A stretch of 64,000 bases of DNA from Candidatus Nomurabacteria bacterium RIFCSPHIGHO2_02_FULL_42_19 (GCA_001785615.1 MFUG01000013.1:11006-75005), one strand, 5' to 3'; positions 9,759 to 19,654 are shown, counted from the first letter of the stretch. The notes: a model not told the origin generated them from the sequence alone. A program made the numbers and translations.

Positions 9759-10397
9759 TTACAAATTTTCTTCTTTGCCAATTTCCAAAACTTTAAATTC
9801 AATACTGTGTTTTATTAGAACAACGCTGGGAGTTCTATGCACAATACCTGGTATTTTTATATTCCAATCGTGAACTGGAAAACATACACGAGGGGCAAGT
9901 GAAATGGCATAATCTATGGAATCTTTAATTTTTAGCCACGGCGCCAAGACCGGAAGCGCAAGTATTTCTACTTTTTTCCCAGGGTTAGTAAATGAATCAC
10001 CAGGATAGAATAAATTTTTTCCAATAAAATAACCAGTATTTTGAACTTGACCAAACTCTTCATAAATTTCTGCGTGCTTGTCTCCATGGGCCTCTAGAGA
10101 AACCCCCATGAATTCTTCCGACTGCCCATCCTCAAGCTTTTTATATTTAATCCCAGCTTCGTCCAGTATCTTGCCTACCCCGCTGTTAGTAATGACTACG
10201 GCGTTTTGGTTACTTACTAAAATGTTTTTCAACGAATCAGTATGTAAGTGGTCTCGGTGTTCGTGAGAAATAATTATAATATCAATATTTTTCTCCATTT
10301 CCTGTTCTGAAATAGTATAAGATCCCGGATCAGTCATTACCCTTTTACCGTTTATCTCTATCACCAGGCAACAATGTCCTAGTTTTTTGATCTTCAT
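9759..10397 (-). CDS. MBL-fold metallo-hydrolase
   Basis: SHEHRDH, YPGDS and PVHD motifs. Confidence 0.85.
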   Translation of the reverse strand: MKIKKLGHCCLVIEINGKRVMTDPGSYTISEQEMEKNIDIIIISHEHRDHLHTDSLKNILVSNQNAVVITNSGVGKILDEAGIKYKKLEDGQSEEFMGVSLEAHGDKHAEIYEEFGQVQNTGYFIGKNLFYPGDSFTNPGKKVEILALPVLAPWLKIKDSIDYAISLAPRVCFPVHDWNIKIPGIVHRTPSVVLIKHSIEFKVLEIGKEENL

Positions 10398-10409
10398 TTC
10401 TACATTTTA

Positions 10410-11009
10410 TCACAGAATTTCTTCCAGGGCCTTTAGTAAGTCCTCAGGGGTGCTGACAACCTTTGCAGGGTTAGCTTTTTGTAAATTTTCTTCTTCATGA
10501 AATCCCCAGGTAACGGCGATGGACTTGATCCCGCATTCCCGTGCTTCGGCAATATCGCCTGTTGTGTCTGTAATAAAAACAGCATTTTCTGATGTAATTT
10601 TATATTTTTCCAAAAGCATTTTGTTTTTCACAACTTTGCTGGTGTGAATATCTCCTCCTAATATATCGGAAAAACATTCGAGGACATTCGCTTGTTTTAA
10701 AATTTTTGTTATGAGTGCTGACGGCGTCGCCGAAACAATGGCAAGTTTGTAATCTTTGTTTAGTTCAAAAATGATGTCTTGTAATGGTTGTGGTACCTTA
10801 AACTCCCGTGACTGTTCTTCGTATCGTTCGAAAAATTTAGGATGTTGTTTTACTTTAGGATTATTTTTTAATGAATTATAAATATTCCCATTAAAAAGAG
10901 AGCGGAACATGTGAAGAGACAAGTTTTCATTGGTCTCTTTGCTAATTTCATAACTCACTATGAATGTATCCACCAAGACCCCATCAAAATCAAAAAGAAT
11001 CAATTTCAT
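10410..11009 (-). CDS. HAD-IA family hydrolase
   Basis: FDFDGVLVDT motif I; ITDTTGDI; VTWGF. Confidence 0.9.
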   Translation of the reverse strand: MKLILFDFDGVLVDTFIVSYEISKETNENLSLHMFRSLFNGNIYNSLKNNPKVKQHPKFFERYEEQSREFKVPQPLQDIIFELNKDYKLAIVSATPSALITKILKQANVLECFSDILGGDIHTSKVVKNKMLLEKYKITSENAVFITDTTGDIAEARECGIKSIAVTWGFHEEENLQKANPAKVVSTPEDLLKALEEIL

Positions 11010-14000
11010 ACTTTATCAATCTTTACTTTGAAAACCAACTCCCCTATTTTCACCTCTTCGCTATTAGTGTCTTTAAATTCTATTTTGGATGCCAGTGCAA
11101 TTTTTTTAATATCTTGCTCAAATTTTTGGATTAAACTCTTTCCCGCGTCGTCGGTTTCAACAGAAAGGGTGATCATGTCGCTCGGCGTCAGCCCCATTTT
11201 CTTCCGCATATCTTGAACAGCGCGCAAAAGCTCGCGATAACTTCCCTCTTGCTTTAATTCATGAGTTAACTCAGTAATTAATTTAAATTCCTTTCCGGCT
11301 GAAACTTCTTTGACGTTCAATTCATCTTTTATTAGCTCAATATACTCTGTGGTTAAACTTAAATTCGCCAACTCTAACTTAGCAAGCGGCTGACGAACTT
11401 GGATTTTCGCTTTCTGCCTGGCTTCTAACCCTAAAGAAACTATTTTTCTAACCTCTGCCATGTTTTCTAAAACTTTTGGCCGAAGGTCCCGAGCAGAAAC
11501 GAGGGGCCACTCGGCCAAATGCACACTGCCTACATCCTTATCTGTTTTTAGTCGGCGCCAAATATCTTCTGCCGCAAACGGAGTAAACGGGGCCATAATT
11601 TTCGCTAGAGTTTTCAAAATAAAATACAAAGTTGCTTTCGCGTCCCCGTCTCCCTCTTTAATCCGCTCGCGGGAGCGGCGAAGGTACCAAGTAGAAAGGT
11701 CCCCTATAAAATCCTTTATCGCGCGGGTCGGTTCAAGCAATTTATAATTGTCTAAGCTGTCAGTAGTGAGTTTTACCAGCTCATTTAGTCGAGCTATGAT
11801 CCATTGATCAAGGACATTGGTAGGCTTTAGGCGGTAGGCACTAGGCTCTAGCGAAACATTCCGATATAGTTCATAGAAAGCCAACACATTGTAGAGCAGG
11901 CCGAAAACCTGCTGATGAAGAAGAGCCACCGTTTTTTCATCAAAATTTTTGGACTCACCCGGCTGATTGACCGAATACATCCATAAGCGCAGTGTATCCA
12001 CACCGTATTTATCTATCATTTCCCACGGGTTCACAATATTTCCCAGGGATTTGGACATTTTTTTACCATTGGCATCGAGTAAATGCCCGAGGCAAATCAC
12101 ATTTTTATACGCTTTTCCCCGGCCCATCAGCACCCCCACTGCGTGCAGGGTATAAAACCATCCACGGGTCTGGTCAATAGCTTCCGAAATAAAATCCGCC
12201 GGGTAGCCCTTGCCGTCTACCCATTTTTTGTTTTCAAAGGGATAATGATCTTGAGCGAAAGGCATGCAGCCGGAATCCAGCCACACATCCATTACCTCTT
12301 TAGTTCTTACCGCACTGCCGCCACAGTCGCACACCAGATGAACCCCATCAATATACGGACGATGCAAGTCAAGTTCATAATTTTCATTGTGCGGCAATGG
12401 GATAAAATCTAATTTTTTCATTTCTCCCGTATGAAGCATTTCTTTTTCTTTAAAATTATTATCTGAAGATCCAGCGGATATTTTTTGTAAAACCCATAAA
12501 GGGTTGCCGTGAGAAACTATAAGAATATTTTTCCCTTGATATTTATTATCAATCTCATATATAAATTCCGCCATTCTTCTCCTAACAATATCCTCACTGC
12601 CTTCGTTTGATTCATGAAGCCGATCATCAACTAAAACAGCGTCGGGAGCAAGGCCTAGTTCATTTTTTACTACCTCTGCGGTCTCTTTGGTTCTTAAAAA
12701 TGGCGAGGAAAATATCGGGTTTATATCTTTTAATTTCTTAGATGTAGATATTGCTTCCTTTTTACCTTTTTCAGTCAAGTGATTGTCCGGATCACCCTTT
12801 GGGTCCAACAAGTGTTTGGCGTTATTAATTGCTTCTCCATGCCGCATAATAAAATATTTATTGCCGGATTTTTTAGTTTTACTTTGGAGATCTTCCAAGC
12901 CCCCGACGACATGCCTCTTCTCACATTTTTCGCAAGTCCAGACGGGCAGAGGCGTGCCCCAGTATCGCTCGCGGGATATTGCCCAGTCCTTGATCTCCCG
13001 TAGCCATTCGCCGAAACGTCCCTCGCGGGTATGCGCCGGCTCCCAGTTTATATTTTTATTTTCATTAATTAGTTGTTTCTTAATTTTTGGATCCGACATT
13101 TTGATATACCAAGAGTCCCGCGCATAGTATATGAGCGCTGTCTTACAGCGCCAGCAGTGCGGATATGAGTGTTGATAGTTTTCTTTATCGAAAAATAAAT
13201 TTTTATCTGTTAAATATTTAATAATGTCCACATCCAAAGTTGGCTTTCCACTGTCGTCTTTTTCTCTCACAAATCTTCCTCCCAAGAACCCTGTGCCTTC
13301 TATAAACTTACCTTCGGGGTCTACCAGATGGTGTTTCGGTAGTCCTACTTTCGTACCAAGCTCAAAATCGTCTTGCCCATACATCACCGCGGTGTGCACG
13401 ATACCCGTACCGTCTTCAGTATTTACAAAGTCCGCCGCGTAAACCCGAAAGGCCTTATCTGTTGACTCCCCTTTTTTCTCTAGTTGTTCTTTTAAGTATG
13501 GGAAAAGTGGTTCGTACTCTAGCCCAACCAAATCTTTGCCTTTCATTTCGGTTATAACTTCAGGATTTTCACCAAAAACAGGAAGTCGCGCCTTTGCTAG
13601 AATATATATTTCGTCCCCGCTTTTGACTTTCACATAATCAACCTTCTCCCCCACCGCAAGCGCGACATTCCCTGGCAAAGTCCAAGAGGTGGTCGTCCAG
13701 GCCAAGAAATACATATTGGCCGAGTCTGTATGCTTTTGTGAAGGAGTGGCTGAGCGTAGTGAGGAACCGAGCGACTGAGGAAAAGCATCAGGCGAGGCCA
13801 GCTTGAACTTTACATAAACCGAAAGATCTTTCACTTCTTCATACCCCTGTGCGAGCTCGTGTGAAGAAAGCGCGGTGCCGCATCTCGGGCACCAAGGTAC
13901 CACCTTGTAATCCTTGTAAAGAAGTTTCTGATCATCTACTTTTTTTACAACATTCCAAACCGATTCAATATAATCATTGTGATATGTGGCATACGCATTT

Positions 14001-14437
14001 TCTTGATCTACCCAATATCCGACACGTTCGGTAAATTTATTCCAGGCCTCAAGATATTCCCAGACGCTCTCCCTGCATTCCTGATTAAATTTAGCTACAC
14101 CGTATTCCTCAATCGCTTTTTTTGAATTAAGACCTAATTTCTTTTCTACCTGGATTTCTACTGGAAGTCCATGCGTGTCCCAACCGCCCTTGCGGCGTAC
14201 ATGGTACCCCTGCATCGTTTTGTAGCGAGGAATCGCATCTTTGAAGACACGCGCTTCCAAGTGGTGAAGCGCTGGTTTAGCATTGGCCGTCGGCGGACCT
14301 TCGTAAAAGATAAATTCTTTTTTACCTTCGGATTCTTTTAATGTCTTTTCAAAAATTTTATTCTCGCGCCAAAATTCCAAGATGCGCTCTTCCCGAAGAG
14401 CCGCATCTGATTTTTTATTCTTTTCGGTTTCAGCCAT
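11006..14437 (-). CDS. ileS: Isoleucine--tRNA ligase (type 2) with inserted histidine-phosphatase domain
   Basis: PPTAN..PALHH, GWDTHGLP, DWAISRERYWGTP, DQTRGWF, KMSKS; internal RHGE...SSPFLRT...SHG insert. Confidence 0.95.
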   Translation of the reverse strand: MAETEKNKKSDAALREERILEFWRENKIFEKTLKESEGKKEFIFYEGPPTANAKPALHHLEARVFKDAIPRYKTMQGYHVRRKGGWDTHGLPVEIQVEKKLGLNSKKAIEEYGVAKFNQECRESVWEYLEAWNKFTERVGYWVDQENAYATYHNDYIESVWNVVKKVDDQKLLYKDYKVVPWCPRCGTALSSHELAQGYEEVKDLSVYVKFKLASPDAFPQSLGSSLRSATPSQKHTDSANMYFLAWTTTSWTLPGNVALAVGEKVDYVKVKSGDEIYILAKARLPVFGENPEVITEMKGKDLVGLEYEPLFPYLKEQLEKKGESTDKAFRVYAADFVNTEDGTGIVHTAVMYGQDDFELGTKVGLPKHHLVDPEGKFIEGTGFLGGRFVREKDDSGKPTLDVDIIKYLTDKNLFFDKENYQHSYPHCWRCKTALIYYARDSWYIKMSDPKIKKQLINENKNINWEPAHTREGRFGEWLREIKDWAISRERYWGTPLPVWTCEKCEKRHVVGGLEDLQSKTKKSGNKYFIMRHGEAINNAKHLLDPKGDPDNHLTEKGKKEAISTSKKLKDINPIFSSPFLRTKETAEVVKNELGLAPDAVLVDDRLHESNEGSEDIVRRRMAEFIYEIDNKYQGKNILIVSHGNPLWVLQKISAGSSDNNFKEKEMLHTGEMKKLDFIPLPHNENYELDLHRPYIDGVHLVCDCGGSAVRTKEVMDVWLDSGCMPFAQDHYPFENKKWVDGKGYPADFISEAIDQTRGWFYTLHAVGVLMGRGKAYKNVICLGHLLDANGKKMSKSLGNIVNPWEMIDKYGVDTLRLWMYSVNQPGESKNFDEKTVALLHQQVFGLLYNVLAFYELYRNVSLEPSAYRLKPTNVLDQWIIARLNELVKLTTDSLDNYKLLEPTRAIKDFIGDLSTWYLRRSRERIKEGDGDAKATLYFILKTLAKIMAPFTPFAAEDIWRRLKTDKDVGSVHLAEWPLVSARDLRPKVLENMAEVRKIVSLGLEARQKAKIQVRQPLAKLELANLSLTTEYIELIKDELNVKEVSAGKEFKLITELTHELKQEGSYRELLRAVQDMRKKMGLTPSDMITLSVETDDAGKSLIQKFEQDIKKIALASKIEFKDTNSEEVKIGELVFKVKIDKV

Positions 14438-14489
14438 TATTGGCTGATTTTAGCACAAAATTTATGGTTTTACACCTTGCTAGATAAAA

Positions 14490-14524
14490 TTAAAAACACA
14501 CCGTACTTACAGAGTAAGACGGTG
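14490..14524 (-). terminator. Putative intrinsic terminator
   Basis: CACCGT/CTTAC hairpin followed by a T-rich tract on the minus strand. Confidence 0.5.
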
Positions 14525-14584
14525 CATTGATTCGTGAGCCCCCGCGCCGCTAGATATTGCACGGGGACTCCTGCGACCTGCCAA

Positions 14585-15001
14585 CTACGAGGCCACGGTT
14601 TCTTTCCGTGCCGGCAGGTATTGACCGATCACGAAGTCAACGCGGCTCATCAGCCGTGCCCTGTTCTCCTCGTAGGCCTTGAGGGAAGCCGCGATTTCCT
14701 CTCCGACCATCTGGGTCTCAAGTTCAGCCCAGATTCGGCCATACTCCTCGAGCGCGCCGACGAAACTCGCCACCACCAGCTCAATGCCGTCCTCTTTCAG
14801 TTCCGACAAACCCCATATTAAGAAGTATCGGCTGTTTGGGGAAAGACGACTGGAGATGAGCTTCTCGACAAGGTGTTCGTGGATAGCTCTGCGGGCATGA
14901 CTTTTATACAAAGAGCCGCCACCCCGGTACGCAAGCTCGATGATGTGGGCGTCTTCGTAATAGTGACGCACATTGATGTACGCCCCTGAAGAGGTAGGCA
15001 C
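14585..15001 (-). CDS. Hypothetical protein
   Basis: 138-aa ORF between argS and ileS, richer in GC than neighbours, no recognised motif. Confidence 0.5.
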   Translation of the reverse strand: MPTSSGAYINVRHYYEDAHIIELAYRGGGSLYKSHARRAIHEHLVEKLISSRLSPNSRYFLIWGLSELKEDGIELVVASFVGALEEYGRIWAELETQMVGEEIAASLKAYEENRARLMSRVDFVIGQYLPARKETVAS

Positions 15002-15079
15002 GGTCTGGCCTGTGTACCTGCCATCCTTGATGACCCACGTAAACGGGAGACCGCGGTCTTCAAAACATCTTTGTCAAAA

Positions 15080-16795
15080 CTACATTTTAGTTGGCGCTTC
15101 GATGCCGAGGAGGTGCAGGCCTTTTTTCATTACGAAAGTAAAAGCGTAAGTGAGCGCCACTTTATAGGAAGAGGTCTTATCTTTTTTATCCACGATAACC
15201 GTATTGCCATAAAAGCTGTTGAAGGCGCGAGCGACTTCTATTAAATAGTTTGCAATGTAATGCGGCTCGTATTCGGAAGCAGAGCGAGACACAACTTCCG
15301 GAAATTTATATAATAATTTTTCTACCTCCGTTATTTCAGCAGGCAGAACTTCAAAATCCGGCAAAATATTTTCACTTTTCGCTTTCTCTAGCACTGAATT
15401 TGCTCGAGCATAAGAATATTGTAAGTACGGTCCGGAATCACCTTCAAAAGAAATTGATTTATCAAAATCATAAATGATGTTTCCGCCAGTGGATTGCTTG
15501 AGTATTGAATATTTGATAGCGGCTACGGCAACGCTAGAAATAATTTTCTCTTCCGCATCTTGGTCGAAGCTTCTGTCCTTCATTTTTTCTGCTACAAGCA
15601 TTTTTGTGTCTTGAATAAGGGTCTCTCCCGTTATCACATTCCCTTTGCGCGAGCTCATCTTTTCTCCCGCGAAGCGCATCATCCCGTGCGTAATGTGGAG
15701 CATTTTATTTTGAAATTCGGGATGAATGATGGAAAGCGCGCTCTCCACCACCCGCATATAGTCCGCTTGCTCCTGCGCGGTGATAACTATAGAGAGATCC
15801 ATGCCCGGCGCTGTTTTAAATTTCTCCATCGTGAGCCCAAGTTCCTTGGCCTCATAGGTAGGGAGCCCTTGCGAGGTTATGAAAACGCGGGTGTGAAGCT
15901 TTGGATCGCGCTTTTCGGCTTTGAATACGATAGCGCCATTCGACTTTTCGAAAACTTTTCCTACATTTTCCTTCACAATGCTTCTCCCCGATGGCGCCAC
16001 TACGCTCTCTAGAAAATAAAAATCAAACTGAGTGCCCAGCATGTCATATATATCTTCGAAGGTCTTCATAGTTACTTCGAAACCCCAGTCATATATCTCA
16101 TTTATTTTTTTATCGCTTCGCTCGTAAATTTTCTTATTTATTTCATCTATTTTTGTTTTTGCATTCTTTTCATACGCTTCCGCGCCTAGAGCGTAGGCCA
16201 CTCCGATATTGGCGGACTGCTCCGCGGTAGAACCGGACTTGCCTTGTAATTTTTCATCTTGTAAAAGGCCCCAGATCGCTTTAGCCACATGTAGCCCGAC
16301 GTCACCCTGGTAGTTGGCCCTAGAAACAGTGGCATCGGAGTGCTCAAGAATGCGCGCGATAGATTCTCCGATGGCATTCGTCATCAAATGCCCGATGTGG
16401 AAGGGCTTGAAAGGGTTCGGATCCGTGTATTCAACCATTACGCGCTTACCTGCAAACATATTATTTCCGCCCAAGGCGGATCCGCCTCCGGTGGATAAAA
16501 TTTTCTCGATACTTTCGCTAAAAAATTTATGTGGCAAATAGAAATTTATGAAACCATTTCCAGCAGCTTCTACTTTTGAAATTTCTTCCGGTAAATTCTT
16601 ATTTATTTCATCTCTGATTTGTACAGCTAGATTTTTCGGGTTCGTTTTTAATTTTTTAGCCAAAACCATCGCCACGTTAGTGGAATAGTCGCCATTCTTC
16701 AAGTCCTCCGGATGCTCCAGGATAAAATCGGACTTCTTTATTTTAAGTCGATCCAGTGCTTCGTTAATTAAATTTTTTATTTTTTCTTGAATCAT
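15080..16795 (-). CDS. argS: Arginine--tRNA ligase
   Basis: NPFKPFHIGH, KMSSRKG, GDSGPYLQYSYAR. Confidence 0.95.
   Translation of the reverse strand: MIQEKIKNLINEALDRLKIKKSDFILEHPEDLKNGDYSTNVAMVLAKKLKTNPKNLAVQIRDEINKNLPEEISKVEAAGNGFINFYLPHKFFSESIEKILSTGGGSALGGNNMFAGKRVMVEYTDPNPFKPFHIGHLMTNAIGESIARILEHSDATVSRANYQGDVGLHVAKAIWGLLQDEKLQGKSGSTAEQSANIGVAYALGAEAYEKNAKTKIDEINKKIYERSDKKINEIYDWGFEVTMKTFEDIYDMLGTQFDFYFLESVVAPSGRSIVKENVGKVFEKSNGAIVFKAEKRDPKLHTRVFITSQGLPTYEAKELGLTMEKFKTAPGMDLSIVITAQEQADYMRVVESALSIIHPEFQNKMLHITHGMMRFAGEKMSSRKGNVITGETLIQDTKMLVAEKMKDRSFDQDAEEKIISSVAVAAIKYSILKQSTGGNIIYDFDKSISFEGDSGPYLQYSYARANSVLEKAKSENILPDFEVLPAEITEVEKLLYKFPEVVSRSASEYEPHYIANYLIEVARAFNSFYGNTVIVDKKDKTSSYKVALTYAFTFVMKKGLHLLGIEAPTKM
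16466..16495. repeat. Tandem TCCGCC-N3-GGYGGA REP-like hairpins in-frame in argS
   Basis: TCCGCCCAAGGCGGA TCCGCCTCCGGTGGA, translated as STGGGSALGG. Confidence 0.6.
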
Positions 16796-17221
16796 CTATT
16801 TATGCCCAGTGCTTCCCTCACGCCCGACTCCGCGTACCGTCTCCGAGAGTTCCTGTATCTCTACAATATCACAATGTTCAAACTTTTGAACCAACATTTG
16901 GGCTACTTTATGCCCCTTCTCAAGCAGAATATCTTTACCGGAAGTGTTCAAAAAATTCATAATGATTTCGCCCCTATAGCTGGAATCTACAACGCCACCC
17001 ATAACTTTTAAACCAAGATTAAAGGAAATGCTTGATTTATCCCAGATCAGGCCCACGTGACCTTCCGGAATTTCTACGGCAATCCCTGTATGCACCTCAT
17101 TTTGTTTGCCGGCCGGGAAAATAACATCTTCTACCGTATAAAAATCCATTCCTGCGTCCCCGGGATGCCCATGCGTCGGCACCTTTGCATTCTTATGTAA
17201 TTTTTTAACTTTGATTTTCAT
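16796..17221 (-). CDS. dut: dUTP diphosphatase
   Basis: AGMDF, GVVDSSYRGEI, KVAQM, RG..REGSTG. Confidence 0.95.
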   Translation of the reverse strand: MKIKVKKLHKNAKVPTHGHPGDAGMDFYTVEDVIFPAGKQNEVHTGIAVEIPEGHVGLIWDKSSISFNLGLKVMGGVVDSSYRGEIIMNFLNTSGKDILLEKGHKVAQMLVQKFEHCDIVEIQELSETVRGVGREGSTGHK

Positions 17222-17223
17222 TA

Positions 17224-17704
17224 TTACTCTTTTATGCGCTCGTGAATTCCCTTTAAAAAATCATCGGGTTTTTCTTTCAATTCTTTTTTTAATTCTTCTT
17301 CTGAAAACCATTTAACTTCGGCTACTTCTTCTTTTCTAACTTTAAATTCAGATATTTTTTTTATCTAAAACAATACTAAACTGCTGTACGAAATAATTAT
17401 AATTTGTTCTTTTTCTTAATCTAGCCCCTGAAACTAGTTGTATGTTTGTAAGTCCCAGTTCTTCCTCCGCCTCTTTTATTATGTTCGATTCGTAAGTTTC
17501 ACCCTCTTCTACAGTTCCCGCTACTGCTGGCCCCCATTTCCCCGGATCATGACTTTTACTAAAAGCCCGCCGTGCAAGTAAAATTTCACCTTTACTATTT
17601 CTAATCCATAAAGATGAAACACGATAAATGGCATTGGCGTCTTGGTCGTTTCTCTCTCTATATTCTATAACATCGTCGTTCTTATCCACTATCGGAATTT
17701 TCAT
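17224..17704 (-). pseudogene. NUDIX hydrolase with a frameshift in an A8 tract
   Basis: Nudix box AGTVEEGETYESNIIKEAEEELG; removing one A at 17355-17362 gives ISEFKVRKEEVAEVKWFSEEELKKE...IKE* ending at 17224. Confidence 0.7.
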
Positions 17705-17746
17705 ATTATTATCTAATTATATATCTTTCCCCCACAAAAACCAACC

Positions 17747-17780
17747 TAGCATTTGCTTACGACCGTTAGTAAATGCTAAA
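17747..17780. repeat. Palindromic flanking repeat, cassette 3 upstream copy (arm forms extended -10)
   Basis: TAGCATTTGCTTACGA|CCGTTAGTAAATGCTAAA; TGCTAAAAT-N6-ATG. Confidence 0.9.
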
Positions 17781-17788
17781 ATGGTTCA

Positions 17789-18352
17789 ATGAGTCAAAAT
17801 ATTAAACGGCTAGGGACTACGCAACGAAAGATTCTTCTGCTTCTTCTGGCAGGGCTCGCGTTGGGTTTAACCAGATCGCCGAAAAAGCATTGGTGGATTT
17901 TAAAACAGATACCGAAAGAATGGAAAAAGATAAACCGACAAGCCCTGGAGAGGGCGATTAATTCTCTTTATGTTTCTCATCTAGTGCAGAAGGAACAACA
18001 CAGAGATGGCACAACCACTTTTGTCTTGAGTGAAAATGGTAAACGAAGGGCCTTGCGATTTAATATCGATAAGATGGAAATCAAAAGGCCGGGTAAGTGG
18101 GATAATAAATGGCGAGTGGTGATGTTTGATATTCCAGAAAAATTAAGGAGGTTGCGAGATTCTTTACGTTTACATTTCCGTGAAATAGGTTTAATTGAAC
18201 TCCAAAAATCAGTTTTTGTATATCCTTATCCATGCAGTAAGGAAATCGAGTTTATCTTGGAATTCTACAATACAAGAAGGCATGTGCGTTTTCTCTTGGT
18301 CGAAAAGATAGATAATCAGCTTCATTTAATGAAAAAATTTAATCTGTGTTAG
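17789..18352 (+). CDS. PaaX-like protein (wHTH + Cas2-like domain), copy 3
   Basis: LSENG wing; WDNKWRVVMFDIPEK...LQKSVFVYPYPC. Confidence 0.8.
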   Translation: MSQNIKRLGTTQRKILLLLLAGLALGLTRSPKKHWWILKQIPKEWKKINRQALERAINSLYVSHLVQKEQHRDGTTTFVLSENGKRRALRFNIDKMEIKRPGKWDNKWRVVMFDIPEKLRRLRDSLRLHFREIGLIELQKSVFVYPYPCSKEIEFILEFYNTRRHVRFLLVEKIDNQLHLMKKFNLC

Positions 18353-18388
18353 TTTAGCATTTGCTTACGACCGTTTGTTAATGCTAAA
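18353..18388. repeat. Palindromic flanking repeat, cassette 3 downstream copy
   Basis: TTTAGCATTTGCTTACGA|CCGTTTGTTAATGCTAAA; 32/34 identical to the upstream copy; begins at the base after the stop codon. Confidence 0.9.
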
Positions 18389-18396
18389 TAAGTTAT

Positions 18397-18993
18397 TTAT
18401 TTAGGTTTAATTTTAAAGTGTTTGATGATTATGGTGGCGACCTTTTTGGGGGAAAAATGGGTATTGTCTATTATGAGATTATTTTTCACTGGAGCAGCTA
18501 ATTTCCATTCGCTATCACTTAAATATTCTTTTAGGATTTTTTTATTCCTTAATTTTCCAAAATTTTTCCTTGATTCGTCTGATACTCTTTTAAAAATTTC
18601 TTTGGGGTCGGCCATTAAATGCACAAAACAAGCTCTTCCTCCACTTTTTTCAATAATTGATTCAATTTTTTTCATATACATTGGGTCAGTTAAACTTGTT
18701 TTAGATACATAACTGGATGAATAAGTGTGGGTCGTTACAACATTTATTTTCGCTTCCGCTATTTCTTTAAATACAAAAAATCTAATGTTCTCGGTCACTC
18801 TGTGCAAATGTATATTACCCCTCTCAAAAAGTTGCCGGGCTAAATCATGGGTGTGGTGGTTATGAAAAAATTTGTAATTAATTAGTTTACGAAGTTTTTT
18901 GGCAACGGTATACTTACCCACCGCTACTGGACCGTAGATAACTACCATAGTAAATAAAGGGTTTTTATTTGAGAATTTTTTTAATTTTCTCAT
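18397..18993 (-). CDS. P-loop nucleotide/shikimate kinase-like protein
   Basis: YGPVAVGKYT Walker A variant; IDNT..SP. Confidence 0.7.
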   Translation of the reverse strand: MRKLKKFSNKNPLFTMVVIYGPVAVGKYTVAKKLRKLINYKFFHNHHTHDLARQLFERGNIHLHRVTENIRFFVFKEIAEAKINVVTTHTYSSSYVSKTSLTDPMYMKKIESIIEKSGGRACFVHLMADPKEIFKRVSDESRKNFGKLRNKKILKEYLSDSEWKLAAPVKNNLIIDNTHFSPKKVATIIIKHFKIKPK

Positions 18994-19654
18994 AGATTTT
19001 TTGGTGAATATTCTCTCTTGAGTCCATTTTATTCCCCACGATACACTCTATTTTTATCCAGCCCTTTTGTGTCTTGGTAAGCCAGAGCGCGCTTTTGCGT
19101 GAATTTTCTAAAAATTTTACATCTTTTTCATGGACATCTTTCTTTTTACCTAAATAATTTCTACTTCTACTTTTATTCCGCTCACGAATGAGTTTCAAGA
19201 CAATAGGGATAGGCACGTTCAGATAAAATACAGCATCCGGCTTTGGAATTTTGAAAACACTGTATTCCATCTCCGCCAGCCATTTTATAAATGCTTCACG
19301 CTTCTTGGTATTTGTAATTTTTCCTCCCTGGTGAATCTGGTTTGCGCTCGCGTACCTGTTGGCGACTATAATATTTCCTTCTTTGAGCCACTTTTCAATT
19401 TTATTCTTTGATTCAAAACGATCCGCCGCATATAAAACCGAGGCAATCTTCGGGTGAATCTTCACGAAATTATAATATTGCTCGGAAAGGCAGTGCCCGA
19501 TGAATTTTCCGAAAAAGTTTGAATAGTATTCCGGGAAGTCCACTACTTTCACCTTCCGGCCATCTTTCTTCAAATGCCTAATCAAAAGATTGGTCTGCGT
19601 CGCCTTGCCGCTCCCGTCCGTACCGTCTATTACTATGAGTTTACCTCTTTTCAT
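18965..19654 (-). CDS. tmk: Thymidylate kinase
   Basis: DGTDGSGKATQ, LYAADR, NRY..N. Confidence 0.9.
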   Translation of the reverse strand: MKRGKLIVIDGTDGSGKATQTNLLIRHLKKDGRKVKVVDFPEYYSNFFGKFIGHCLSEQYYNFVKIHPKIASVLYAADRFESKNKIEKWLKEGNIIVANRYASANQIHQGGKITNTKKREAFIKWLAEMEYSVFKIPKPDAVFYLNVPIPIVLKLIRERNKSRSRNYLGKKKDVHEKDVKFLENSRKSALWLTKTQKGWIKIECIVGNKMDSRENIHQKIYEKIKKILK

